Below are positions 27,906-37,370 of a DNA stretch of 64,000 bases, piece after piece. The notes beneath the pieces are model-generated. The model made no database searches and was not told where the DNA came from. It saw only the letters and a list, made by a program, of their open reading frames with translations. Within the stretch, counting starts at the first letter, position 1. Every line of letters starts with the position of its first letter. The position numbers were made by a program, and so were the translations under genes. Origin of the DNA: an uncultured cyanobacterium (lineage in GTDB: Bacteria; Cyanobacteriota; Cyanobacteriia; PCC-6307; Cyanobiaceae); contig CAVXWZ010000008.1 in the NCBI GenBank assembly GCA_963765575.1, forward strand, positions 312,418-376,417. The letters run 5' to 3'.

Positions 27906-29027
27906 TCAGCTGGTCCTGTAGAGCTCCTTGAGCAGCTGGTAGGCCTCATTGAGTCGACGCATCGTTTCCTCCGAGCCGCCGGAATCGGGATGGTGCGCCA
28001 GGGCCATCTCGCGGTAGGCCTCCCGGATCTCGGGCAGGGTGAGACGGTGGCCGGGTGCGGTGGGCAACTGCAGCAGCTTGAGCGCGCCATGCAAGGTCAT
28101 GGTGTGCTCCAGGGTCTGGAAGGAGGTGCCCTGGCGGCGGCGCCGGAACCGGTGCACAAAGCGCCGGATCTGGGTGGGGAGCCGCAGCTCCAGAGTGGAG
28201 CCGCCAAACGGATCCTCAAGGATCCCGGCGGCAACCATCACCCGCTCGAAACTGGCCGGTCCCGGCGGCCAAGCGGGGGCCAGGCTGCCCATCACCTCCC
28301 CGACCAGGGTCCAGCTGAAGGGCCTGCCTTCACTCTGGTCACACTGGGGCCAGATGTCCTGGGCCAGCCAGACCATCGCCGCCTCCAGCACCGCAGCGTT
28401 CGCAGGTTTGCCGTAGAGCTCCTGCCAGTGACTCGCAGCCCGATCGAGGGCCCGTTCGATCACCTGCTCCCCCAGTTGCGGCAGGGGGTCGATGGATTCC
28501 GTCGCCCCCTCAGCCGGCGCCTGCAGACTGCGGCGCACCTGCTCAGAGCGACGGCGAACAAAGCCCGGCAGATCAATGCCGCCCCCGCCGGCGGAGCGAG
28601 CCTGGCGGGGCAGCGCCCCCGCATCAGCTCTGGACAGCGCATCTGCCCGATCGGCGAGGTCGGGATCAAGCTGCAGATCCAGCATCAGCTCACCGCCGCC
28701 CTCGCGCGCCACGAGCACCAGGCTGCCCCGTTCATCGAACAGCCCCGGCTGCTCCACCTCAGCCAGAGGTCCGGCTTCGGCGGGCGCCGCCGGGTCGCTG
28801 GCCACGCTGCTGGCGCTGCCAGCGGCTGCGTCTCCTGGCAACCCTTCCAGCTCAAGGTCGCCGCCCTCAGGCGCGAGGATGTTGCCCAGGAGGCGCTCGA
28901 CAATGGCGCCGCGGCTGCGCAGGCCGTATTCGCCCTTGAGGGCGTCGAGGCGTGCCACCAGTTCAGCACTGAGCTTGAGCTGAATGCTGCGCTGGGCTGG
29001 ATGGCTGGGCTGGGCGTCCTCGCTCAC
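27906..29027 (-). CDS. Ribbon-helix-helix (CopG-like) plus C-terminal J-domain protein
   Basis: N-terminal SIQLKLSAELVARLDALKGEYGLRSRGAIVERLL (RHH pattern). C-terminal EIREAYREMALAHHPDSGG...RLNEAYQLL (J-domain with HPD). Confidence 0.85.
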   Translation of the reverse strand: MSEDAQPSHPAQRSIQLKLSAELVARLDALKGEYGLRSRGAIVERLLGNILAPEGGDLELEGLPGDAAAGSASSVASDPAAPAEAGPLAEVEQPGLFDERGSLVLVAREGGGELMLDLQLDPDLADRADALSRADAGALPRQARSAGGGGIDLPGFVRRRSEQVRRSLQAPAEGATESIDPLPQLGEQVIERALDRAASHWQELYGKPANAAVLEAAMVWLAQDIWPQCDQSEGRPFSWTLVGEVMGSLAPAWPPGPASFERVMVAAGILEDPFGGSTLELRLPTQIRRFVHRFRRRRQGTSFQTLEHTMTLHGALKLLQLPTAPGHRLTLPEIREAYREMALAHHPDSGGSEETMRRLNEAYQLLKELYRTS

Positions 29028-29048
29028 AGGTGCTGGGATCGCAACGGT

Positions 29049-30671
29049 TCAGTTGCCCAGCAGACCGCGCATCACCTCCTGCTGGGCCTCCACCGCCTCC
29101 TGGTAACGCTCAAGTGCGCCGGGTCTGACGCCGGGTACCCGCGCCGGAGCACCCTGGGGGATGTTGGCCGGTGGGCGGTAGGCCTCCCGGCGTTGGGGCG
29201 GGACGACAGCTGGCTGGGGCGCTGCGGGACGAGCCTGGGGTGCTGCGGGACGGACCTGGGGCCGGGCAGGCGCAGCGGCGGCGGCCGCAGGTCGTGGTCG
29301 GGGCATCGGACGCGGAGCCGCTGCCGGCGCAGGGGCGGCTGGCGCCGCCGCCTGGATGGCCTGGCGCGCCTGGACCATGGCCAGCTGGCTGGAGGGAACC
29401 ACACTCAGCAGGTGACCTGGGGTGGCATCAGCGGGGTAGACCAAACTGATGCGCACCGGATTGCTGACGTTGGGCTCGAGATTGAGGGTGGTGAGCGCAT
29501 AACTATCCCCCGACTGCATGCCCAGGTGCATCTCCTCGAGGCCAGCTTTGGTGCGCACCTGCAGGGACCCCCGGAAGGCCGTGAAGCGAGGCGTTCCTGC
29601 CCGGCTGGTGGGATGGCTCATGACCAGTTCGTAGGGACCATTGCCATAGAGCTCCAGATCGATATCGAATCGCACCCCATAGGTCCCGACGTTATCAAGA
29701 GAGGAATCAATCATCCTCACCGCAAGGGGATTCACCTGCACATCACCCGTGCCGAAATCGGTTCGGCTGGTGCTGGTCAAGGGCACGTGCAGCGGGCCCT
29801 GCTGGCGCAGGTCGTGGCTGATGGTGGCTGTGTAGGTGTCACCGATGGCCACACCGCCAACCCGCGAGAACACGCGCCGACTACGGATGTCGCCCAGCAT
29901 GTCCAAGTAAACCCGGCCTGGCGCCAGCCGGCGGCGGTCGAGCAACGCCACCAGATCGGCATTGCTACGTGGGTTGGATGCCGCCACCACGGCCATCTGG
30001 AAGGGCCCATTGCTACGGCCGCGCAGGAGTGCGTTGGCGATGCCCAGGGCCGGCAACTGGGTGCTCACCAGCACAATTCGGCTGCGGGGCGGAATCACCA
30101 CCGACTCCTTGAGATCCTCATCAAGACTGCCGCGCAGCATCTGCACCGCCGTGGCATCCCCGGGTCCGGTGTTCCAGGGCCGCCGGCCCAGGGGTCTGAC
30201 ACCCATCTTGAAGGTGCCGAGGTAAGGCGCCTGGAAACTGTTGCGCACAGCGCCCCGTTCGAACTGCACCGACACCGGGCGGGTGCCGGGATTGATCAGA
30301 ATCAACCCCAGGGTGAGCTCGGTGCGCCGCTCGTTGGGCCTGATCTGGCGGCGGTAATCGGGGAAGTACTTGTGGTGCATGTGCACCCCGAATTCACCGT
30401 TGAAGGTGTAGGTGGCATTCTGCAGCGCTCGGCCGGTTTCAGCGGCGTACGACACCCCCGGCTCCGTGGTGATCAGGATGCCTGGCCCCGCCACTTCCTC
30501 CGGCTGGTTGGAATGCAGCACGGGCACCGCGTTGAAGGTGCCCTTCAGGGGGCGGGCCCGCTGGCCGGCCATCAGGGGCACGGCGGCCTGGGCCGGGGTT
30601 GCCGGTGCCAGCACGGCCACGGCCAGCAGACCGGCCGCCAGCGGGCGCAGGGAGAGCGGGACGACGAACAT
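29049..30671 (-). CDS. DUF3370-like exported cyanobacterial protein
   Basis: Signal peptide, VLHSNQPEEVAGPGILI, YGVRFDI, LVYPADATP and a Pro/Ala-rich tail. Start may be GTG 30722. Confidence 0.78.
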   Translation of the reverse strand: MFVVPLSLRPLAAGLLAVAVLAPATPAQAAVPLMAGQRARPLKGTFNAVPVLHSNQPEEVAGPGILITTEPGVSYAAETGRALQNATYTFNGEFGVHMHHKYFPDYRRQIRPNERRTELTLGLILINPGTRPVSVQFERGAVRNSFQAPYLGTFKMGVRPLGRRPWNTGPGDATAVQMLRGSLDEDLKESVVIPPRSRIVLVSTQLPALGIANALLRGRSNGPFQMAVVAASNPRSNADLVALLDRRRLAPGRVYLDMLGDIRSRRVFSRVGGVAIGDTYTATISHDLRQQGPLHVPLTSTSRTDFGTGDVQVNPLAVRMIDSSLDNVGTYGVRFDIDLELYGNGPYELVMSHPTSRAGTPRFTAFRGSLQVRTKAGLEEMHLGMQSGDSYALTTLNLEPNVSNPVRISLVYPADATPGHLLSVVPSSQLAMVQARQAIQAAAPAAPAPAAAPRPMPRPRPAAAAAAPARPQVRPAAPQARPAAPQPAVVPPQRREAYRPPANIPQGAPARVPGVRPGALERYQEAVEAQQEVMRGLLGN

Positions 30672-30935
30672 CAGGCGCTGGGTTGGTCGGGGGCGGGACA
30701 GGGAATCGCTGGTCCAGGGCACGGTGAAGACCTGGAGAATGCGTCGGCAGAGGCGCTGAGACGAGAAACCCCTGGGGATCGGGTCGCGCTCGTCCTGGCC
30801 AGGGCGTCGCCTCAGGCTGGGCCAGCGTAGGTGGGGACGGCGCAGCGGAGGCCCAGGGGTGCCGCCGGTGGTGATGGAAGCCTCCCGTTCAACCCGTCGC
30901 CCTGGCTAGAACCATTGCATCTGAACCCTTATGCC

Positions 30936-31130
30936 ATGTTCCCTCCTCTGGGTTGCTGCCGTGACGACGGCGCCGCCGGCAGTGGCCTGCGCCGCCACCA
31001 GGAGCGCAAGCTGAGGATGCTGCGCTTCTGGCGGGATGGCGCCGAACGCCAGCTGGCGGCACTGGAAGCCGCCATCAACACGCTGGAACGGCAGATGCGG
31101 CGTGACGAGGGTCAGCAGCCCCAGGCCTGA
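30936..31130 (+). CDS. Small coiled-coil hypothetical protein convergent with sigF
   Basis: RKLRMLRFWRDGAERQLAALEAAINTLERQM amphipathic helix and typical codon usage. Confidence 0.65.
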   Translation: MFPPLGCCRDDGAAGSGLRRHQERKLRMLRFWRDGAERQLAALEAAINTLERQMRRDEGQQPQA

Positions 31131-31827
31131 GCAGCTGCCGCAACCGCTCCAGGCCGCGGCGCAACCGGCGCTGCACGGTCATCGGGCTGATCTGGAGCAC
31201 AGCGGCGGTGCGGCGGTAGCTCCAGCCCGCCAGCACCACCCGTTCCACCACCGTCCGCAGGGGCTCCTCCAGCTGGCTGAGCAGGGCCGACATGTCGGTG
31301 CCACCGGTGTCTCCGTCCGCTTCCGCGGCCAGGTTCACGGCCCCCTCCGGCCTGTCTTCCGCCAGCGCCTCATCCAGGCTCAGGGGCCGCTGCAGCGGCA
31401 GTGAGATTTCCAGCTGCTGCCACTGCCGCGGGTTCAGTCCCATGGCCTGCCGCAGCTGCTCGGCCGTCGGCTCGCCGCCGTGCTGGCAGGGCCATTGGCG
31501 GCGCAGTCGGCTGAGCTGCTGGCGCCGCTCGTCCAGGCGACGGGGCAACCGCACCGGAGCCGCCAGGTCGCGGAGATAGTGAAGGATGGCGCCACGCACA
31601 TGGGGCCGGGCAAAGGCGGCGAAGGGAGTGTTGCTGCCGGCGTGGTAGAGCTCCGCGGCCCGCACCAGGCCCAGCATTCCCACCTGGATGAGGTCGTCCA
31701 GCGGCTCGGGGCAGCGCTGCTGATAGTGCCGGGCGATCGGGCGCACCAGCTCTCGGTATTGCTCAATGCGGCGGTTGCGGCGTTGGATGCAGCGGGGCAG
31801 GGCCGCAGCGGTGGATTGGATGGCCAT
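31075..31827 (-). CDS. sigF: Group 3 RNA polymerase sigma factor, SigF-like
   Basis: DDLIQVGMLGLVRAAE, GAILHYLRD..VRLPR and a region-4 HTH (ISPMTVQRR). Confidence 0.85.
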   Translation of the reverse strand: MAIQSTAAALPRCIQRRNRRIEQYRELVRPIARHYQQRCPEPLDDLIQVGMLGLVRAAELYHAGSNTPFAAFARPHVRGAILHYLRDLAAPVRLPRRLDERRQQLSRLRRQWPCQHGGEPTAEQLRQAMGLNPRQWQQLEISLPLQRPLSLDEALAEDRPEGAVNLAAEADGDTGGTDMSALLSQLEEPLRTVVERVVLAGWSYRRTAAVLQISPMTVQRRLRRGLERLRQLLRPGAADPRHAASAVPAC

Positions 31828-31935
31828 AAAAAGAGATGGAAGGGGATGACGCATCCAGCAGGAGGCGTCTCTTTCCACAGAGCTGCAGACGGGGGCCAGG
31901 GCGCAACCGTGAAATCACGGAATCTCGCCAGACGA

Positions 31936-32856
31936 TCAGAGCCCGGGCCGGCGGGGGGTGGAGACCTGTCGCAGCAGCTCCCAGGGGCCGTGATCCAGCA
32001 GCCAGGGCAGGTCGGAGCGCTCAGTGACCAACAGGTAGCCGGCGAAGCCGAGGGCGTTGAGGCTGAAGCCCGCGCCGTGCTCCCGCTGCCGCCGTACCGC
32101 CAGAAACCAGTGGTCGTCGAACAGCAGGTTGTAGGGATGGCGGGGCTGGGGATCGTGCTGGGGATCGCCCAGATCCAGTGCCCTGGCATGGGCCGCGTAG
32201 AGCTGCCGAAGCTCCCCGGCCCTGGCCTCCTCGCTGGCTGATCCATGGCCGTGCTCACGGCGGCTGAGGGCATAGCGCCAGGGCCAGGGGCTGGCGTCAC
32301 CCGCAGACCCCTCGCACTGCTGGCGATCGTCGAGTTGCTGGCGATAGACGGGGGCCAGGGGACAGCTGGCCTCCCCCTGCCGGCGGGGCAGCAGCTGCAG
32401 ATGGCGGTGGGGCTGGCTGGCACCGGCGGCCGCACAGCTGTTGAAGAACCAGAGGCCACCGGTATCCGCTGCCACGTGGGCCACCGCCTGCCAGTCGCGG
32501 CGCCGCAGCCAGCCCGACTGGGGCTGCCAGTGCTGGGTGATCAGCAGCACGTGGCCGGGCTGCACGGGGTATTTGTTGAGCAGCACCACATGCTGGTCGC
32601 CCAGGCGCCGCACCTCCAGTGCCGACTCCCAGGGCAGGAAGGGATTGGGCTTCGGGCCGCCACCGCGCAGGTGCCTGGGGGTGCGGCTGAGCAGGCGGCG
32701 GAGGCTGAAGGGCGCCAGCCGCGGCTCAGCCAGCACTTCGGTGCTCAGGGGCACCAGATCACCACTGGCCTGGGCCCGCCGGGAGCGCTCCAGGGCCTCC
32801 TGCCAGATCCGTTCAGCCCGCGCCGCCACCGGCTTGAAGGCGGGCCAGGGAGGCAC
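31936..32856 (-). CDS. ATP adenylyltransferase / Ap4A phosphorylase family
   Basis: NPFLPWE, LLNKYPV, AGASQPHRHLQ and NALGFAG. Start may be GTG 32829. Confidence 0.85.
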   Translation of the reverse strand: MPPWPAFKPVAARAERIWQEALERSRRAQASGDLVPLSTEVLAEPRLAPFSLRRLLSRTPRHLRGGGPKPNPFLPWESALEVRRLGDQHVVLLNKYPVQPGHVLLITQHWQPQSGWLRRRDWQAVAHVAADTGGLWFFNSCAAAGASQPHRHLQLLPRRQGEASCPLAPVYRQQLDDRQQCEGSAGDASPWPWRYALSRREHGHGSASEEARAGELRQLYAAHARALDLGDPQHDPQPRHPYNLLFDDHWFLAVRRQREHGAGFSLNALGFAGYLLVTERSDLPWLLDHGPWELLRQVSTPRRPGL

Positions 32857-33802
32857 CCTGGTAGTAGTGACCGAGGATCTGGTTGTAGGTGCGCCCCTGG
32901 CGGGCCAGATCGTGGGCGCCGTGCTGGCTCATGCTCGCCCCCAGGTGACCGTGGGCCTCCCGGGTGATCTGGTAGGTGGCGGCATAGAGGCTCTCGACGA
33001 TCGCCCCCTGGTAGCTGAGGATCAGCCCGGCGGTGCTGTCGGCGGCCTGGCGGGTGCGCTCATGGACGCTGCCCAGGCCCTGGTAGGCCTGCCAGCGGGT
33101 GGTGTCACCCAGGTGCCAGTGGGGGTCGGCAGGACGGGCCATGTGGGCGAGGGCATAGGAGCGCGCGGCCACGGCCTGGGCCCGCAGGGCCTCCATCGAC
33201 CAGCTGCTGGGCATCTCGGCCCCCACCACCGAACTGATGTAGCGCTCCAGGCCAAGGTGGTTCACGACCCGCAGGCGACCGTCCTGCAGCAACAGGCGCA
33301 GGCGTCCCGCATAGGGTCGGCCGTTGACCAGCAGGGCCGGCCCGCCGCTCTGCAACCAGGCTTCCGGTCCAGCGGACCAGAGGCCACCGAGCTGCACCGG
33401 CTCACCGGCAGCACCCTGCTGGAGCACGGCGCCATCGCGGCTGAGCAGCTGCCAGGGGCCCTGGGCCGAGAGGCGCGGTGCGGCACCAGCCCCCAGCAGC
33501 GCCACCCGGATCTCCAGGTCCACGGCCTCGGCGGCGGCCGGCTCCACCAGGGTGGGGACCCCGGCCGGGGCGGTGGGCGCCGGGCCACCATCGCTCTGGA
33601 CCACAGCTCGCTGGGCCTGCAGATTGCGCAGTTGCTGGGCAGTGCTGAAGGTGTCGACCCGGCTGGCCGGCGGCGGTGCCTCCAGCAGCGTGTCGAGCAG
33701 ATCGCCCTGGCTCACGGCCTGGGGTCTGGGGGCCAGGCCCTGGGCCAGGTAACCCACGCTGATGGCGATCAGCGCCATGGGCGTCAACGTGAGCATCTGC
33801 AT
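32813..33802 (-). CDS. SpoIID/LytB domain protein
   Basis: LERYISSVVGAEMP..W.MEALRAQAVAARSYA and MSQHGA...QILGHYY. Start uncertain. Confidence 0.88.
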   Translation of the reverse strand: MQMLTLTPMALIAISVGYLAQGLAPRPQAVSQGDLLDTLLEAPPPASRVDTFSTAQQLRNLQAQRAVVQSDGGPAPTAPAGVPTLVEPAAAEAVDLEIRVALLGAGAAPRLSAQGPWQLLSRDGAVLQQGAAGEPVQLGGLWSAGPEAWLQSGGPALLVNGRPYAGRLRLLLQDGRLRVVNHLGLERYISSVVGAEMPSSWSMEALRAQAVAARSYALAHMARPADPHWHLGDTTRWQAYQGLGSVHERTRQAADSTAGLILSYQGAIVESLYAATYQITREAHGHLGASMSQHGAHDLARQGRTYNQILGHYYQGASLARLQAGGGAG

Positions 33803-33822
33803 GGCCACGGGAGGGCGCAGCC

Positions 33823-34806
33823 TCAGGCCAGCAGGGAGTGCCAGGCGGCCTCTGCCGAACCCTTGGCGCCAGCCCCTGGCTCCAAGGGTGGCAACCCTGA
33901 GCCGCAGACGGCCGATGGCCGTACGGCCGCGGGCCAAGGCTCCAATCGCAAATGTCCGTCCCACAGCAGATGACCAGCACCGCACAGGCGGATCATGCCT
34001 GAAGACGCCGCTCCGCACACCATTCCCCCGGGCCGATGGGAACACTGCCAGCCCACCACCTCCGCCAGACCCAGCCGCTGCAGCCACCAGGGCGCCACCA
34101 GGGCGTGGGCCGAACCGGTCACCGGATCTTCCGGAATGCCCAGGCCCGGGGCCAGAAAACGCAGCTGGTAGTGGCAGGGTCTGCCCAGCACCGTCGGGAC
34201 GGCGCCGGACGGCAGGGCCTGCATCAGCACCAGCCCCGCACGCACCGCTGCGGGCAGATCGGCGGCGGGCAGCTGGGCCTCGGCCAGGGGCACCTCCGGG
34301 GCCAGCAACACCACCCGGTAGTTGAGCCCGGAGTGCCAGCAGGCCTCAGGCGCGGCGCCCAGGTGGCGCTGCAGGTAGGCGAGCAGCTCCGGCTCAGCGG
34401 CCACCGGCTGGAGGGCACCGGCGGGCAGCTCGATCAGCGCCGCCCCAGGCCGTTCCCCATTGAGCTCCACGGCCAGCGGACCGCTGCGGCTGTGCAGCGC
34501 CAGGCGCTGGCCCCGCTGCAGAGCCCCCCAGTGCCCGAGGGCCAGGGTGGCGGCCAGGGTGGCGTGGCCGCAGAGGTTCACTTCACAGCTGGGGGTGAAC
34601 CAGCGCAGCAACCAGTGGGGGCCTGCCGGGAGCAGGAAGGCCGTTTCCGACTGCTGGAGGCTGCCGGCAACGGCTTGCAGCACGACCTCGTCGAGGGGGT
34701 CATGCAGCAGCACCACAGCGGCGCCGTTGCCGCTGCAGGGGCGCTCGGCGAAGGCTTCCACCAGCAGGGCGGGCAGGGCTCCATTGGGCTGGGCGGCGAC
34801 GGTCAT
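33823..34806 (-). CDS. PhzF-family isomerase
   Basis: VEAF...GNGAAVV, SETAF, RWFTPSCEVNLCGHAT and EDPVTGSAH. Confidence 0.88.
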   Translation of the reverse strand: MTVAAQPNGALPALLVEAFAERPCSGNGAAVVLLHDPLDEVVLQAVAGSLQQSETAFLLPAGPHWLLRWFTPSCEVNLCGHATLAATLALGHWGALQRGQRLALHSRSGPLAVELNGERPGAALIELPAGALQPVAAEPELLAYLQRHLGAAPEACWHSGLNYRVVLLAPEVPLAEAQLPAADLPAAVRAGLVLMQALPSGAVPTVLGRPCHYQLRFLAPGLGIPEDPVTGSAHALVAPWWLQRLGLAEVVGWQCSHRPGGMVCGAASSGMIRLCGAGHLLWDGHLRLEPWPAAVRPSAVCGSGLPPLEPGAGAKGSAEAAWHSLLA

Positions 34807-35745
34807 GGCTGGGGCTGCAGGGCCTCGGGCCGCAGTTGCCGCTCCATCAGCGCCCGGGCGGCCTCCGCGGGCGTGGTGCGGCCCTCGATCACGGCCACCA
34901 CCTGCTCGCAGATCGGCAGGCTCCACCTGCGGCGACTCGCCAGGACCAGGCTGGCGCGGGCGGTGCGGGGACCCTCCACGGTGGCGCCGATGCGCCTGCA
35001 GGCGTCCTCAATCCCCAGTCCTTCAGCCAACAGCAGGCCGCAGCGGTAGTTGCGGCTCAGGGGGCTGGTGGCGGTGGCCAGCAAGTCCCCCAGGCCCGCC
35101 AGGCCGTAGAGGCTGGCGGGTGAGCCCCCCAGCCCCTCCAGCACCAGCCCCATTTCCGCCAGGCCACGGGTGAGCAGCGAGGCCCGGGCGTTGGCACCCA
35201 GCTGCAGTCCGTCGCAGAGACCGGCCGCCACCGCCATCACGTTCTTGAGGGCGCCGGCCACCTCCGTGCCCACGGGGTCGTCGTTGGTGTAAAGGCGCAG
35301 GTTGGCCCCACTCAGGTGCGGCTGCAGCGCGGCGGCCACCGCCACCTGCTCGCTGGCCAGCACGCTGGCGGCCGGCAGCCCACGGGCCAGTTCGGCGGCC
35401 AGGTTGGGGCCACTCAGCACCAGCAGGGGCGCCCGCAGGCCGTGGTCAGCCCAGATGCGGCTGGCGGTGGTCAGGCGGTCCAGGTCAAGGCCCTTGCTGC
35501 AGCTCAGCAGCGGCAGGGCAGCGGGCCAGCGGTGGGCCAGCCTCTCGGCCAGGGGGCTGACCCCGGCCATGGACACCGCCACGACCCCCAGATCGGCAGC
35601 CGCCAGGGCAGCGGCGGGATCACCGCCGTCCCGCCGTGACCAGCTGCACAGCTGGTGGCCCTGGCGCTGCCAGAGCTCCGCCAGGGTGCCGCCCCAGGCA
35701 CCCCGGCCCAGAACGGATGATGCGCAGGGGCTTGCGCGGGGCCAT
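34803..35745 (-). CDS. gpsA: NAD(P)H-dependent glycerol-3-phosphate dehydrogenase, apparent +1 frameshift near 35716
   Basis: SKG, LSGPNLA, GALKNV, GLGDLLAT..SRNY. The N-terminus MAPRKPLRII joins VLGRGAWGGT only after removing one base. Confidence 0.9.
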
Positions 35746-35807
35746 CGGCGGCGTCATCGCGGCGGCTGAGGCTTGCCATCATGCGCCTCCGCGCCCGTGG
35801 AGGGGCT

Positions 35808-36587
35808 GTGACCACAACGACGGACTGGCAGCTGCGGCAGTGGCGAGGCCGGGCCCTGGTGGTGGGCTGTGGCGGCATCGGTGTCGCCCTGCTGGCGGCC
35901 CTGGCCCGTCGCTGCCCCCAGCTGCAGCTGCTGGGGACCAGCCGTCGGCCGGGCCCACTGGGCGGAGACGACCTGGCGGAGAGCGGGGAGGCTCTGGCGG
36001 CGGTGCCCGTGCTGCCCCTGGATCTGGAAGACGACTCCAGCCTGGCGGCCCTGGCGCAGCGCTTGGCGGACGGTCCACCCCTGCGGCTGGTGATCCACAC
36101 CGCCGGCCTGCTGCAGGACGGTGCCCTGCGACCGGAGAAGCGCCTCGCCCAGGTGCAGCGCCGCCACCTGGAGCGCAGCTTCGCGGTGAATGCCTTCGCG
36201 CCGCTGTTGCTGGCGCAGGCGATCGAACCGCTGCTGCCCCGCGATCAGCCCTTCCACCTCGCCAGCCTCTCGGCGCGGGTGGGCAGCATCGGCGACAACC
36301 ACCTCGGCGGCTGGTACGCCTACCGGGCCGCCAAGGCCGCCCAGAATCAGCTGCTGCGCACCCTGGCGCTGGAGTGGCAGCGGCGCCTGCCGCTGGGCTG
36401 CGTGAGCCTGCTGCACCCGGGCACCACGGCCACGGCCCTCTCGGCCCCATTCCGCACCAACGTGCCCGCAGCACAGCTGTTCAGCCCCACGCGGGCGGCG
36501 GGGCACCTGCTCGACGTGCTCGAGGGGCTGAGCGCGGCGGACAGTGGCCGCTTCTGGGCCTGGGACGGCCAGCCGATTCCCTGGTGA
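35808..36587 (+). CDS. Short-chain dehydrogenase, CsgA (C-factor)-like
   Basis: GCGGIG, SARVGSIGDN..GGWYAYRAAK and LHPGTTAT. Confidence 0.88.
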   Translation: MTTTTDWQLRQWRGRALVVGCGGIGVALLAALARRCPQLQLLGTSRRPGPLGGDDLAESGEALAAVPVLPLDLEDDSSLAALAQRLADGPPLRLVIHTAGLLQDGALRPEKRLAQVQRRHLERSFAVNAFAPLLLAQAIEPLLPRDQPFHLASLSARVGSIGDNHLGGWYAYRAAKAAQNQLLRTLALEWQRRLPLGCVSLLHPGTTATALSAPFRTNVPAAQLFSPTRAAGHLLDVLEGLSAADSGRFWAWDGQPIPW

Positions 36588-36611
36588 GCGGCCAGGCCTG
36601 GGCCGCAGGGC

Positions 36612-36989
36612 TCAGGCGGCGTGCTCGCGCAGCAGTTCCAGGGGAATGATTTCCAGTGTGCTCTGTTCGGTGGCCACCAGGCTCACCGGCGGCGCCATGC
36701 CGTCCTCCTGGGCCTCCAGCCAGCGGGGGGCACAGACGCACCAGTGATCACCCGGCCTGAGCCCCGGAAAGCCGTACTGCGGCGCCGGGGTGGAGAGGTC
36801 GTTGCCCTGGGCGCGGCTGTAGCTGAGAAAGGCCTCGTTGACCACGCAGCACACGGTGTGACGACCCAGGTCCGACCCATTGGTGCGGCAGCTGCCATCG
36901 CGCAGCCAGCCTGTCATCGGCGCGCAGCTGCAGAGCTCCAGGGGCTCGCCGAGGACGTTGAGGGCCAGGGTGGCGGTGGACTCAACCAT
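36612..36989 (-). CDS. DUF2237 family protein
   Basis: NVLGEPLELCS..PMTGWLRDGSC, GNDLSTP and LRPGDHWCVCAPRW. Confidence 0.88.
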   Translation of the reverse strand: MVESTATLALNVLGEPLELCSCAPMTGWLRDGSCRTNGSDLGRHTVCCVVNEAFLSYSRAQGNDLSTPAPQYGFPGLRPGDHWCVCAPRWLEAQEDGMAPPVSLVATEQSTLEIIPLELLREHAA

Positions 36990-37138
36990 GGGGTGTGAGG
37001 GGGGCAGCCACCAGTCTGGTCAGCGCATTCAGGAACCGGGACCGGGCGCAAACCTGGCCCAGGAGGTTGACGGATTCAGGGGGTGAGGCGTTAAAGGTCG
37101 GTGACGCGTTTCTCCCCGTCTTTCAGCGCGCCCCCTAC

Positions 37139-37366
37139 ATGAGCTGGGAATTCACCGAAGATGCGGCCTTTCTGGCCCTGTGCGATGCCTACAAGGAAAG
37201 CGGGGAACCCTCTGCCGTTGAATTTCTCGCCCATGGCGAAGGCGCCTTTCACTTTCAGGAACTCACCCAGAACGCGGCCGGCGAAGGCCTCGACCTGAGT
37301 GATTCCAGCAATCTGGAGGGCTTCCAGCAGGACGTGATCGACGCCCTCGAGGAGATGTGCAGCTGA
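37139..37366 (+). CDS. Small acidic hypothetical protein
   Basis: MSWEFTEDAAFLALCDAYKESGE..., very acidic, with normal codon bias. Confidence 0.7.
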   Translation: MSWEFTEDAAFLALCDAYKESGEPSAVEFLAHGEGAFHFQELTQNAAGEGLDLSDSSNLEGFQQDVIDALEEMCS

Positions 37367-37370
37367 GGGC

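Noticed and set aside
26977..27931. Short ORFs in the apcD-RHH/J gap (e.g. 27094-27528, 27282-27638, 27482-27931)
   Set aside because: They overlap each other, have no recognisable motifs, and lack the strong GC3 bias of real genes here.
27990..30830. 946-aa + strand ORF and similar long antisense ORFs (41462-44854, 22236-24401, 19548-21617, 54852-56960)
   Set aside because: These are stop-poor antisense frames of well-supported genes, expected at this high GC content.
33823..34806. Phenazine biosynthesis cluster
   Set aside because: This is a lone PhzF-family gene with no other phz genes nearby.
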